Shown: positions 10,605-19,843, counted from the first letter of the stretch. The stretch: 64,000 nt of DNA from Alphaproteobacteria bacterium (GCA_965221125.1 CBDCRW010000007.1:544001-608000), one strand, 5' to 3'. Numbers and translations are program-made. The notes: generated by a model from the sequence alone, not told the origin.

Positions 10605-11807
10605 TCAGCCGGCGCCGTTGGTCTCCGCCGCGTCTGCCATCTTCCCGGCCACCCAGCGGTAGAAGCAGTGGGTCGTGCGCTCCAGCGCAGGCGAGAGCAC
10701 GCCGCCCTTGTAGGCGGGCGAGGTGCGGCCGCGCTGCATCCCTTCGACGACGAAGCGGTCCTCCTCGAAGATGCCGCGCCACTGCCGCGTGTTGGCCTGC
10801 CTGAGCTCGGCGCAGCCCTCGCCGAGGGCTTCTGCGGCGAAGTAGTAGATGTCCACGTGCTCGAATGTGCGCCCGGTGCCTATTGGCATCAGCGTGCCGA
10901 CGAAGCAGTGATCGGCATGGACGCCCAGCACCGCGGTCGGGAACAGCGCCACGTATTCCGCCGTGCCGTGCCAGCGCTCCGGCAGGCCCGGCATGAGCGG
11001 AAAGCCGTTGCCGTTCTCCACGAGCTGCGGCCGGTAGGCGGTGCTGCCCTGGCCGGCGTAGCCGTCCTCCTCCTCCGCGATCTGGTAGTGATCCTCGAGC
11101 CTGGAGTAGCTGTTGAGGCTGGGGTGGATCCACGGCAGGTGGTAGGCCTCGCAAAAGTTCTCGACCGCGAGCTTCCAGTTGCAGGCGACGTCCAGGGTGA
11201 AGGAGGAGTCGCTCTCCTCATAGTGCAGGTCGGCGCCGTCGAAATCCTGCCAGCGCCCGGCCACCGGCGCGATGAAGGTCTCGAAGGGCGGCGCGTCGCC
11301 GCTCAGGTTGATGAACACGGCGTCGAACCACGTGGCGCAGCGCACCGGCTTCAGGCCGTGCTTCGCGCGCTCGAAGCCTTCGCAGGTGTTCTTGTCGGTG
11401 CCGCCGATCATCGGCGTCGACCGGAGCGAGCCGTCCAGGTCGTAGGTCCAGGAATGGTAGGGGCAGCGGATCGTGCCGCGCGTGCGCGCGGGCTTCTCCA
11501 TCAGCACCATGCCGCGGTGGCTGCAGACGTTGTGGAAGACGCGCACCTCGCCGTCGTTCCCGCGCAGCATGATGAGCGGCAGGCCCGCGAATTCGATGGG
11601 CCGCGCGTCGCCCACCTCGGGCACGCGCCTGCCGGTGCCGATGCACGCCCAGGTGCGCGCCAGGAGCACATCCTGCTCCCACGCGGCGAACTCGTCCGAG
11701 ACGTAGGCCTCGTTGGGCAGCCCGCTCGCCCACTCCTCGATCGGGCGCGTCACGTTCGCGAGCGTGGCGCTCACGCCTGCGCTGCTCTCCCACCAGCGGT
11801 CCGTCAT
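10605..11807 (-). CDS. Rieske ring-hydroxylating oxygenase alpha subunit (choline monooxygenase / betaine demethylase-like)
   Basis: NVCSHRG...CPYHSWTY Rieske motif; NWKLAVENFCEAYHLPWIH mononuclear Fe motif; EED..VVEGMQRG. Confidence 0.9.
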   Translation of the reverse strand: MTDRWWESSAGVSATLANVTRPIEEWASGLPNEAYVSDEFAAWEQDVLLARTWACIGTGRRVPEVGDARPIEFAGLPLIMLRGNDGEVRVFHNVCSHRGMVLMEKPARTRGTIRCPYHSWTYDLDGSLRSTPMIGGTDKNTCEGFERAKHGLKPVRCATWFDAVFINLSGDAPPFETFIAPVAGRWQDFDGADLHYEESDSSFTLDVACNWKLAVENFCEAYHLPWIHPSLNSYSRLEDHYQIAEEEDGYAGQGSTAYRPQLVENGNGFPLMPGLPERWHGTAEYVALFPTAVLGVHADHCFVGTLMPIGTGRTFEHVDIYYFAAEALGEGCAELRQANTRQWRGIFEEDRFVVEGMQRGRTSPAYKGGVLSPALERTTHCFYRWVAGKMADAAETNGAG

Positions 11808-12001
11808 GGCTGCGTTTCCCACTAGCCGGGGGCCTCTCCAGGCCGCGAAATCACGTTAGCGCGAATTAGCGTTAATCGCTGCAATCGCTAGGAATTCCGA
11901 GCTTTCCACTGGTAACATTTTCGTGATCGCGATGGCAATATCGTCAATCCGACATGTTTGCCGCTGCACGCGTCGCGCCATCCTGGCGGTGGCCCTCGCC
12001 A

Positions 12002-13159
12002 TCAACGGGATGTGTCGGCGGCGGGACCGATCGCGAACGCGGCGAGCGCGTCGGCGTTCAGCGTCACGCCGAGGCCGGGGCCGGATGGCACCGCGATCGT
12101 TCCGTCGCTGCCGATCGCCCCGAGGCCGTATACGAGCTCGCGCCGCAGGCGCGACGGGCTCGTCGAGTACTCGACCAGGCCCGGCTCCTGCCGCGTGGCC
12201 AGGAAGTGGAGATTGGCCGCGATGGTGATGTCGGTGTTGTAGGCGTGGGGGACGATGCGCCGGCCGGTGCCGTCCAGCATCCGGGCGAGGCGCAGCGCCT
12301 CGGTGAAGCCGCCGAACACGGTGAGGTCGGGCTGCGCGATGTCGAAGGCGTCGGCCGCGAGAAAGGGCGCGAACTCCCTGCAGGTGGTGAGGCCCAGGTC
12401 GCCGACGCCGACGGGAATGCGGGTCGCGGCGCACAGACGCGCGTGCTCCGCCACGTCGTCCGGCGGGAAGGGCGCCTCGATCCAGGCGAAGTCGAGGTCG
12501 GCCAGCAGGTCGAGGAAGGGCGCAAGCTGGTCGAGGCGCGTGAACTCCTGCGCGACATCGAGCATCAGGCCGCGCTCCGGCCCCACGAGGCTGCGCAGAT
12601 GGGTGAGGTTTCGCTGCACCCGCGCGGGCTCCGCCCACCAGGGCTCGACGCAGACCTTGAGATGGCGAAAGCCCTGGTCGAGCAGGGGCGTGACCTGCGC
12701 CGTGATGCGCGCGGGCGTCTCCTCCAGCGGATAGATGGTCGCGTAGGCGGGGAGGCGCGCGTGATGTGCGCCGCCCAATGCCGCGCAGACCGGGACGCCC
12801 GCAGACCGTGCGAAGAGATCCCAGATCGCGATGTCGAGCGCGCTGATGGCGTGAATGGCGGCGCCGCGCCGGCCGAACCACTGCGTCCGCGCGTACATCT
12901 CGTCCCACAGGCGGCGCGGGTCGTCCACCGCCTGCCCGGTGACGATGGCGGCGAGCCCCTCCGCCAGATGGTTGTACGGCGCCATCTCGATGGCCGCCTT
13001 GACGAGCTCGGGCGGGGCGTCGCTCTCGCCGATGCCGGTATGCCCGTTGTCGCCGTGGACGAGGACGACGACGTTCCGATAGCTGCCCTCGAAGCGGTAG
13101 TAGGGGGCCTGCGGGTCCTGGAGGCAGACGACCTCCACCCGCTCGATCCTGACGGTCAT
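12002..13159 (-). CDS. Mandelate racemase/muconate lactonizing enzyme family protein
   Basis: AISALDIAIWDL, KVC, LMLDV, WIEAP, DIAQPD, IVPH, VPSGPGLGV; ATGA coupling to the upstream paralog. Confidence 0.88.
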   Translation of the reverse strand: MTVRIERVEVVCLQDPQAPYYRFEGSYRNVVVLVHGDNGHTGIGESDAPPELVKAAIEMAPYNHLAEGLAAIVTGQAVDDPRRLWDEMYARTQWFGRRGAAIHAISALDIAIWDLFARSAGVPVCAALGGAHHARLPAYATIYPLEETPARITAQVTPLLDQGFRHLKVCVEPWWAEPARVQRNLTHLRSLVGPERGLMLDVAQEFTRLDQLAPFLDLLADLDFAWIEAPFPPDDVAEHARLCAATRIPVGVGDLGLTTCREFAPFLAADAFDIAQPDLTVFGGFTEALRLARMLDGTGRRIVPHAYNTDITIAANLHFLATRQEPGLVEYSTSPSRLRRELVYGLGAIGSDGTIAVPSGPGLGVTLNADALAAFAIGPAADTSR

Positions 13160-14280
13160 GCCGGGAACGTCCGCCGCGCGTAGACGCAGGGCTCGATCCG
13201 ATCCCAGTCCATCTCGACCCCCAGCCCCGGCAGGCCGCTCGGGCGGACGACGCCGTCGGCGTCCGGCCGAATGACCCGCATTGCCCCGAACTCGTACTTC
13301 TCGAACGGCGCCGCCTGCTCGAAGTGGTCGCAGATTGCGTGGCTCAGCATGTGGTGCAGGTTGGCCGCCTGCGTGAGCGTGTATCCCCAGCTCTGCACCT
13401 CGCAGGTCTTGCCGAACGCGCGCGTGGCCGCCACGACCTCGGCGGCGCCGGTGAAGCCGCCGATGCCGGTCACGTCGAATCGGCTGCGGTCCCACGCGCC
13501 CGCCCGCAGCGCGAACGCGATCAGCTGCGGCCAGGGGAGGGTGTTTCCGCCGCAGATCACGTCGATGTCGAGGGCCTTCGCGAGGTCCTGGTAGCCCTGC
13601 AGGTCCGCGTCGGGGAGCGGCGCCTCGAAGAATTCCCAGCCGGCCGTGTCCAGGATTCGGCCGATGCGGAGCGCCTCGGCGTGCGTATAAGAGCCGTCCG
13701 CATCGAAGCTCAATCCGATGTCATGCTCGCCGAATTCTTCGGTCAGAACGCGAAGCAAGCGCTCGTCGTCGTCGGCCATGCAATAGGGATGAATCTTGAT
13801 CGCGCGATAGCCGTGATCCAGCATCGTTCGGCAGTAGTCGATGTAGGCTTGGTCCGACGCCAACAGCGGGCTGGATGCGTAGGCGCGGATTTCATGCCGG
13901 GCTGCGCCGAGCATCTCGTAGATCGGCTGGTTCGACGACTTCGCCTTGCCGTCGTGCAGCGCGATGTCGAAGAGCGATGTCGCCAGGTGGCCGAGCGGGA
14001 CATGGCGGCGGCGCATGTCGCGGTAGACTTCCGGGATGTCGAACGCGTCGCGTCCCAGCACGAAGGGCGCCATGAGGGCGGCCGCGTGAAACAGCGACCT
14101 GTCGAACTCGTGCTCGGTATAGGTGGTGGCGCCGGCCAGGGCCTCCACGCCGTTGGAGAGGGAGAGCCGCGCCACGATCATCGCCTCGTACATGGGGCCG
14201 AGACGGGCGGACCAGGTGACCCGCTCGCCCTCGGGCCCGATTGCCAGAAGCTCGATCCGATCGACGGTGGCGGCGCGCAT
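13156..14280 (-). CDS. Mandelate racemase/muconate lactonizing enzyme family protein
   Basis: FDIALHD, AYAS, AIKIH, FDAD, FFEAP, PGLGVEMDW. Confidence 0.85.
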   Translation of the reverse strand: MRAATVDRIELLAIGPEGERVTWSARLGPMYEAMIVARLSLSNGVEALAGATTYTEHEFDRSLFHAAALMAPFVLGRDAFDIPEVYRDMRRRHVPLGHLATSLFDIALHDGKAKSSNQPIYEMLGAARHEIRAYASSPLLASDQAYIDYCRTMLDHGYRAIKIHPYCMADDDERLLRVLTEEFGEHDIGLSFDADGSYTHAEALRIGRILDTAGWEFFEAPLPDADLQGYQDLAKALDIDVICGGNTLPWPQLIAFALRAGAWDRSRFDVTGIGGFTGAAEVVAATRAFGKTCEVQSWGYTLTQAANLHHMLSHAICDHFEQAAPFEKYEFGAMRVIRPDADGVVRPSGLPGLGVEMDWDRIEPCVYARRTFPA

Positions 14281-14324
14281 AGCTATCGTTTCAGGTTATG
14301 AAATACACAGAACACTCTGCTATT

Positions 14325-14338
14325 ATGTATGAATACAT
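14325..14338. promoter_or_regulatory. Candidate GntR-type operator in an AT-rich intergenic patch
   Basis: Palindrome ATGTAT-GA-ATACAT about 45 bp upstream of the enolase-family gene pair; regulator class is inferred. Confidence 0.35.
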
Positions 14339-14375
14339 CGATCTGTGAGAGGCAAGGGAGACGGCCACATAGGCT

Positions 14376-15752
14376 TCAACCTCCAGGGTCGTGCGCTCTC
14401 ATCCGCTCGGCGACGGCGACGCCGTCGATCTCCCGATAGGGCACGTCCTCCTTGATGGACATGTCGGTGGCGAGCGCGGCCGCGCGGCCGTACTCGAAGC
14501 ACTGGGCGGTCACACGGCAGCTCGCCAGCGCCTCGTGCTCGGCGCTGAGGCAGCGGCCCGCGACGATGATGTTGCGCCCTTCCCTGGGCACGAGGGTGCC
14601 GAACGGCACTTCGTAGTGGTCGTCGATCAGCCACTCCGTCCTGGGCTTGGCGCCGTAGTGCAGCTCGATGGGCCAGCTCGAGCGGGCGATGCAGTCGGGG
14701 CGCTTGCGCTTGCCGACCACGTCGTCGTTCATGAGGCGCTCGATACCGTCGATCGAGCGTGTCTGGCGCACGCCGACCTCGGCGCCGTAGTCGATGAAAT
14801 AGGCGTTCTCGCAGCCGGGAATGTTCTCCTTCATGAACGCGAAGAAAGCGCGGGCCTGGTAGATCGAGAACTGCTCCGCTTCGGTGTGATCGACGGGATC
14901 GGTCACGTCGAGAGCGCGCCCGTCGAAGCCGGTTATCTTGGTCGCGTTCACCAGGATTTCGCGCGGATTGACCGTGGGAAACAGCCAGACCTTCTTGCGG
15001 ACAAGCTCGTCCCGCGCCTCAAGCATCGAGATGACCTTGGGCGGGGAGATCGTGTCCTCGCCCCAGTAGTCGAGATAGCGGGGCACGTCGACGTTGCCGA
15101 CCTTGAACATCATGGTCGGGTTCTGAATGACGCCGTTATTCCCCTTGGTCGTGCGCAGGCCGGACCTGAAGACCACGTCCGCGTCGCCGCTGGCGTCGAC
15201 GATCCGCGCGGCGCTCACCTTGGCGAAGCCCGACTTGGTGTGGAGCACGAGGGTATCGGGCGTGCCGCCCTCGGGTGCGCCGTCGTCGGCCACCACGTCG
15301 ATCACCTGCGTGTGGTAGAGGGCAGCGACGCCGGCGGCGCGGATCAGGTCGGTCGCGACCCGCTTGTAGGAGGCGCAGTCATGCGTCACCACCCAGGTCT
15401 TGCCGTAGATCTGGGGCCGGGTGACGCCGCCAACCGCTTCCAGCGCGGCCCGGAAGCGCTCGGCAAAGCCGAAGATGACCTGCCGGGGCTGGGTCCGGCG
15501 CGGCTCGTCGACCGTCATGTAGAGGCCGCAGATCGTGCCGGACATGCCGGAGACCGCAGCGCCGCCGCAATAGCCGAGCCGCTCGATCAGAAGGGTCCTG
15601 TGCCCCAGCTCGGCGGCGGTGGTGGATGCCGCGATGCCGGCCGGGCCGCCGCCGACCACGACCACGTCGTAGTGGCCGAACGAGGGTACGTCCCGAAAGG
15701 CGTGCGCGCCGAGGCTCCGAAGAAATCCGTCCGTGCGCGTCGCGTCCTGCAT
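14376..15752 (-). CDS. FAD-dependent oxidoreductase (FAD_oxidored family)
   Basis: YDVVVVGGGPAG Rossmann motif; VDASGDAD; GVRQTR; YEVPFGTLVP..NIIVAGRCLSA. Confidence 0.88.
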   Translation of the reverse strand: MQDATRTDGFLRSLGAHAFRDVPSFGHYDVVVVGGGPAGIAASTTAAELGHRTLLIERLGYCGGAAVSGMSGTICGLYMTVDEPRRTQPRQVIFGFAERFRAALEAVGGVTRPQIYGKTWVVTHDCASYKRVATDLIRAAGVAALYHTQVIDVVADDGAPEGGTPDTLVLHTKSGFAKVSAARIVDASGDADVVFRSGLRTTKGNNGVIQNPTMMFKVGNVDVPRYLDYWGEDTISPPKVISMLEARDELVRKKVWLFPTVNPREILVNATKITGFDGRALDVTDPVDHTEAEQFSIYQARAFFAFMKENIPGCENAYFIDYGAEVGVRQTRSIDGIERLMNDDVVGKRKRPDCIARSSWPIELHYGAKPRTEWLIDDHYEVPFGTLVPREGRNIIVAGRCLSAEHEALASCRVTAQCFEYGRAAALATDMSIKEDVPYREIDGVAVAERMRAHDPGG

Positions 15753-15811
15753 GACGCGGACATCCTATACCCCGCCTCTCGGCGGGTGGGAGAGAAAGGG
15801 CCGCGCGCGGT

Positions 15812-17113
15812 CTATTCCGCGGCGGCAGCCACCCGGCGGCGCGGCTGCGGCGGCTTGTGGTACGCGCCGTCCTTCATGATCATCAGAATGTTGTTCTTGT
15901 CCTGGAACAACGTGAGGTCCGCCAGCGGATCGCCGTCGATCATGATGAGGTCGGCGAGATAGCCTTCCCTGACCTCGCCCATCTCGGCAATGCCGCTGCC
16001 CTGCGCGTTGGCGTAGGCGTAGAGCTCGCCGCCGAGCTTCGTGGCGGCGTGCAGCACCTCCGCCGGGGTGAAGTCGAAGTAGTTCACGAAATGCTCGAAG
16101 TCCCGCGCGTCCGTGCCGTGCGGCACCCAGGCGAAGGCGTAGTCGCCGAAGGGCAGGACGCGCACGCCGCGCGCGCGGATCTTCTTGATGGTCTCGCTGA
16201 CGATGGCCAGCTCGTGGTGGTGCCTGAGCGCGATCTCGCTCTCCGGCGGCATGCCGAACTCCGCCGACTCGTAGGCCGTGTTGTGGGTGATGCCGATGGC
16301 CGGGATGACGAAGACCTCGTCCCTGGCGGCCGCCAGCATGTCGATGGTCTCGTCGTCGGCGTAGGTCGCGTGGTGGATGATGTTGACGCCGTGTTTCAGG
16401 CAAAGCTGCACCGCCGCCGACGAGCGGGCGTGGGCGCCGACGCGGCGGTTGCGCTGCTTCGCCACCTCGCAGACCGCCGCGATCTCGTCCTCCGTCATGA
16501 CAGTGGTGTCGCCCCGGCCGTAGGGATAGACGAACTCGTCGCCCGACGGCATGATCTTGAGGACCTCGACGCCCTCCCGGCACAGCATCCGCGCGGTCTG
16601 GCGGAACTGCTCCGCGCCGTCGCAGATGATCGAGAACGCCCCGTGATACATGTGGAGCTGGCGCGCGTCGCCGAGGCCGCCGGTGACGGTAAGCTCGGGC
16701 GAGGCGGCGATGACGCGCGGCCCCGCCATCCTGCCCGCGTCGATCTCGTTGCGGATCACGATGTCCATGCGGGTCTTGCCCGTAGCGGCGCAGACCAGGG
16801 CGGTGAAGCCGTGGTCGTAGAGGATCTGCGCGTGGCGCATGGTGATGAGCGTGTTCTCCTCGGGCGGCGTGTCGCCGAGCGAGTAGAGGCTCGTCCCTTC
16901 CTCGGAGTAGCCGATGTGGGAGTGGCCATTGACGAGGCCCGGCATGAGCGTGGCCCCGCCGCCGTCCACCACCTCCGCGCCGTTCCGTTCGATCCGCTTC
17001 TTGCCCTTGGCCACCTTCTTGATGCGGTTGCCCTGGACCAGGACCTCGCCCCGATAGGATTTCTTGCCGGAGCCGTCGAATATCGAGATGTTGGTGAACA
17101 GCGTCTGCGTCAT
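15812..17113 (-). CDS. Metal-dependent amidohydrolase (prolidase-like subgroup)
   Basis: TLMPGLVNGHSH, VGAHARS, IIHHAT, PFGDY, GYLADLIMIDGDPL; ATG at 17113 after GAGAGGGG RBS. Confidence 0.88.
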   Translation of the reverse strand: MTQTLFTNISIFDGSGKKSYRGEVLVQGNRIKKVAKGKKRIERNGAEVVDGGGATLMPGLVNGHSHIGYSEEGTSLYSLGDTPPEENTLITMRHAQILYDHGFTALVCAATGKTRMDIVIRNEIDAGRMAGPRVIAASPELTVTGGLGDARQLHMYHGAFSIICDGAEQFRQTARMLCREGVEVLKIMPSGDEFVYPYGRGDTTVMTEDEIAAVCEVAKQRNRRVGAHARSSAAVQLCLKHGVNIIHHATYADDETIDMLAAARDEVFVIPAIGITHNTAYESAEFGMPPESEIALRHHHELAIVSETIKKIRARGVRVLPFGDYAFAWVPHGTDARDFEHFVNYFDFTPAEVLHAATKLGGELYAYANAQGSGIAEMGEVREGYLADLIMIDGDPLADLTLFQDKNNILMIMKDGAYHKPPQPRRRVAAAAE

Positions 17114-17422
17114 TCTCGCCCCCTCTCGCCCGCTCGTCCGGCGGTACGTGGCGAACGCGTGTTCTTGTTCTTGCCGGCGCCCGTCTCGCCCGTACCGCCA
17201 TGGGGTGCGGGCATGGGAAGCCACGCCTGCCGGCCGATTGCACCGATCAACGCCGGATGCACCTCGGTCGCTCAGCACAGCATAGAGCGTATCCGCTTCG
17301 CACGGAAACGCTCCGTGCGTCGATCGCTCACGCCCCGGACCATGGTGCGGTGGGCGGCGCCCGCCGCGTGGGTCAGCATCGCGCCATGAGCCGAGCAAAG
17401 TCCCACGCGACCACATCTTCAA

Positions 17423-17572
17423 CGCGCCTTCGGCGGTCCTTTGATTATGCGCGCCTTCGGCGGCCTTTCGATGCCGCGCGCCTTCGGCGGCCTTTCGATG
17501 CCGCGCGCCTTCGGCGCGACCGAATTCCGCGCGCCTGGCGGCGCGACCGATTCCGCGCGCCTGCCGGCGCGA
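17423..17572. repeat. Tandem array of about six 24-27-bp units with core GCGCGCC(TTC)GGCG (REP-like mini-hairpins)
   Basis: gcgcgccttcggcggcctttcgatgcc occurs twice exactly, flanked by degenerate copies. Confidence 0.8.
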
Positions 17573-17885
17573 CTGTTGCGGGGCTTTTCGGAACCTCGTC
17601 AGCCGTTCTGCCCTATCTCACCTTGTCTCGGCTTGTCTCGGCTTATCTCGGAATTTTGGCCAAAAAAATGGGAATTACATACCTGACTTGACAGCCCCGC
17701 GCTGACCTCTCCCGCCCAAACCGACCTATATGCGCTGGGCGGGAGTGGGGGTTACCTCACCACAGCTCGTCACGTCATGCCACACCATGCCTTGACGCTG
17801 ACCTCTCCCGTCCACACCGCCCTATCAGCCTAGGGTGCGCTCGCTCTAATCCCCACCCTGTGGGCCGTAATCCGCATTTGCGGTC

Positions 17886-17914
17886 TTGACCCGAAATTCC
17901 TGTCACCGTATAAA
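17886..17914 (+). promoter_or_regulatory. sigma70-like promoter
   Basis: TTGACC-N17-TATAAA, predicted start about 17920. Confidence 0.7.
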
Positions 17915-17918
17915 CGGC

Positions 17919-18054
17919 CCGGCGGGCCGCTCTGGTCCGTCAGTGTTTCGGATCCGATTTCAGGGAGAGTCATTCGAGCTCGATTCAGAATGGTGATCGG
18001 CGCGGTCGTCGCTCCTGCCCTTTTGGAGGGGCGTTCACCGCATCAACCCGCCGG
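17919..18054 (+). ncRNA. Putative structured ncRNA A (family not recognised)
   Basis: Begins at the predicted TSS; CCGGCGGG/CCCGCCGG closing stem; inner stems CCGAT/ATCGG, GTCATTC/GAATGGT, GCGGT/ACCGC, GCCCTT/AGGGGC with G.U pairs on +; strong hairpin at 18097-18123. Confidence 0.5.
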
Positions 18055-18642
18055 TCTGGGCTAAGTCGGTTGGACCCGACCGCCCGTTTCCATCCCGCGC
18101 CGCCCTGCCACAGAGGGCGGCGCAACTCCTTTGTATAGAGGGATTCTCGCTCCCGTCAACCGGCATCCCCGCCCGTTCTTAACCCTTTGCTTTTACGTTA
18201 TTTTCGTAGTTTTGGGTTCCTTCTGCCGCTGACCTTATCGCTCTCGCGTATATGACTTTGACGCGCCTCCGCCTCGCGGTGCCCTCGACTCCATCCATCC
18301 CCGCCGTGCCGGACGTGCCCGCGCTGCCCACGGTTCCCGAAATCTCCGCAGAGGCCGCTGAGCGCCCCGTCAGCGCCGCTGCCGATTCTCCCACCCCTCG
18401 CCCTTCAGCCGTCGAGCGCGCCTCTCCACCCGGTTTTCGTCGCGTCCGCGTCCGCGACTAGGCCCCGCGTCCCCATTCTGCCGTCCCCCTGACGGTCCGC
18501 AAATTTCTTTGCGGACCATCTGCAACTTTCCCCGTCCTGATCATTATATGCCTGGGTGCAGTCGGCTCTCCCTGCGCTCGCCCCTCCGCTCTCCCCGCGC
18601 GATTACCGCCAAACTTCTCAGCGGTGGCAGCGAATCCGGGGC

Positions 18643-19614
18643 ATGCCCCAAGCTGCACCCGGCAAGTTCTATCGTCAGGGCATCTCCTGGCCCGAACTGT
18701 TCGCCCGCTTCCCCGACGACGCGGCCGCCGAGGCGTGGTTCGAGGAGCAACGTTGGGGTACTCCTGGTCAGCCGTCCTACTGCCCGCTTTGTGGTGACAC
18801 GGAGCGCCTCCGCCCCACCCCCAACCGCCGCCCGCTCCCCTACTGGTGTGGCGCTTGTCGGTCGTACTTCTCCGTCCGCACCAACACCGTCATGCACCGT
18901 TCCAAGCTCCCGCTCCAGAAATGGGTCATCGCCATCTACCTCTGGGCCACCTCGCTCAAGGGCGTGTCCTCGATGAAGCTCCACCGCGACCTCGGCATTA
19001 CGCAGAAGTCCGCGTGGTTCCTCGCCCAGCGGCTGCGTGCCGCTTGGTCCGCCCCTGCCGACGCGCCGCCCCCGCCGCCCTTGTTCGCCGGTCCCGTGGA
19101 GGTTGACGAGACCTACCTCGGCGGCAAAGAGCGGAACAAACACGCCAAGAAGAAGTTGCGCGCCGGGCGGGGTGCCGTCGGCAAGACCCCCGTTGTTGGT
19201 GCGCTCGATCGCACCGCCAACCAGATCGCTCTCGCCGTGCTGCCCTCGACCGACCGTCCCACCCTGCACGGCTTTATCGAGCAGCACGTGCAACCGGGTG
19301 CCCAAGTGTATACCGACGAGGCCAGCGCCTATCAGCGCATGCCGTTCCCGCACGACGCTGTGAACCACTCGGTCGGCGAGTACGTCCGCGACCAAGCGCA
19401 CACCAACGGCATCGAGTCCTTCTGGGCGACCTTGAAGCGCGCCTACGCCGGCACCTACCACCACATCTCCCCCGAGCACCTCCACCGCTACGTCGGCGAG
19501 TTCGCCGCCCGCCACAACCTCCGCACCCAAGATACCGAGGCTATGATGGCCGAGGCGGTGGCGCAGATGATCGGCAAGCGCCTCACCTACAAAGAACTGA
19601 TCGGGAAGAACTGA
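18643..19614 (+). CDS. IS1595-family (ISXO2-like) DDE transposase
   Basis: N-terminal zinc ribbon CPLCG...WCGAC, HTH region, VEVDETYLGG, VYTDE, HTNGIESFWATLKR. Confidence 0.95.
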   Translation: MPQAAPGKFYRQGISWPELFARFPDDAAAEAWFEEQRWGTPGQPSYCPLCGDTERLRPTPNRRPLPYWCGACRSYFSVRTNTVMHRSKLPLQKWVIAIYLWATSLKGVSSMKLHRDLGITQKSAWFLAQRLRAAWSAPADAPPPPPLFAGPVEVDETYLGGKERNKHAKKKLRAGRGAVGKTPVVGALDRTANQIALAVLPSTDRPTLHGFIEQHVQPGAQVYTDEASAYQRMPFPHDAVNHSVGEYVRDQAHTNGIESFWATLKRAYAGTYHHISPEHLHRYVGEFAARHNLRTQDTEAMMAEAVAQMIGKRLTYKELIGKN

Positions 19615-19752
19615 CTTTATGCGAAGATTATTCCTTGTGGAAAACTTGTATTGTGTGGATAACTTGAATCGACTATCGTTGGGTTTTTAACGGTTTGTTA
19701 GACTCGAGTTTGGTCGAAGGTGTCGGTGGGGCCGCGAGGCTCGTCCGGTGTT

Positions 19753-19843
19753 TGGCGGAGGAGGTGGGATTCGAACCCACGGTACGGCACAGCCGTACAC
19801 CGGTTGCCTAGACCGGCGCCTTCGACCGCTCAGCCACTCCTCC
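19753..19843 (-). tRNA. tRNA with serine-type body and AGG (Pro) anticodon, CCA encoded
   Basis: GGAGGAG TG GCT GAGCGGTCGAA GGC G CCGGT CTAGGCA ACCGG T GTACGGC TGT GCCGTAC C GTGGG TTCGAAT CCCAC CTCCTCC G CCA; fully paired cloverleaf, long variable arm, G73. Confidence 0.9.

Noticed and set aside
17423-17572. Possible CRISPR array
   Set aside because: Units are nearly contiguous with no unique 25-40-bp spacers, and there is no cas gene in the window.
19753-19843. Reading the tRNA as an amber suppressor (CTA) or as tRNA-Leu (TAG) because the loop contains CTAG
   Set aside because: The 5-bp CCGGT/ACCGG stem fixes a 7-nt loop with U33 followed by AGG; other registers break the stem.
19753-19843. 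tRNA as the attachment site of an integrative island
   Set aside because: No integrase and no duplicated tRNA 3' end; the gene lies inside TIR/TSD-defined ends.
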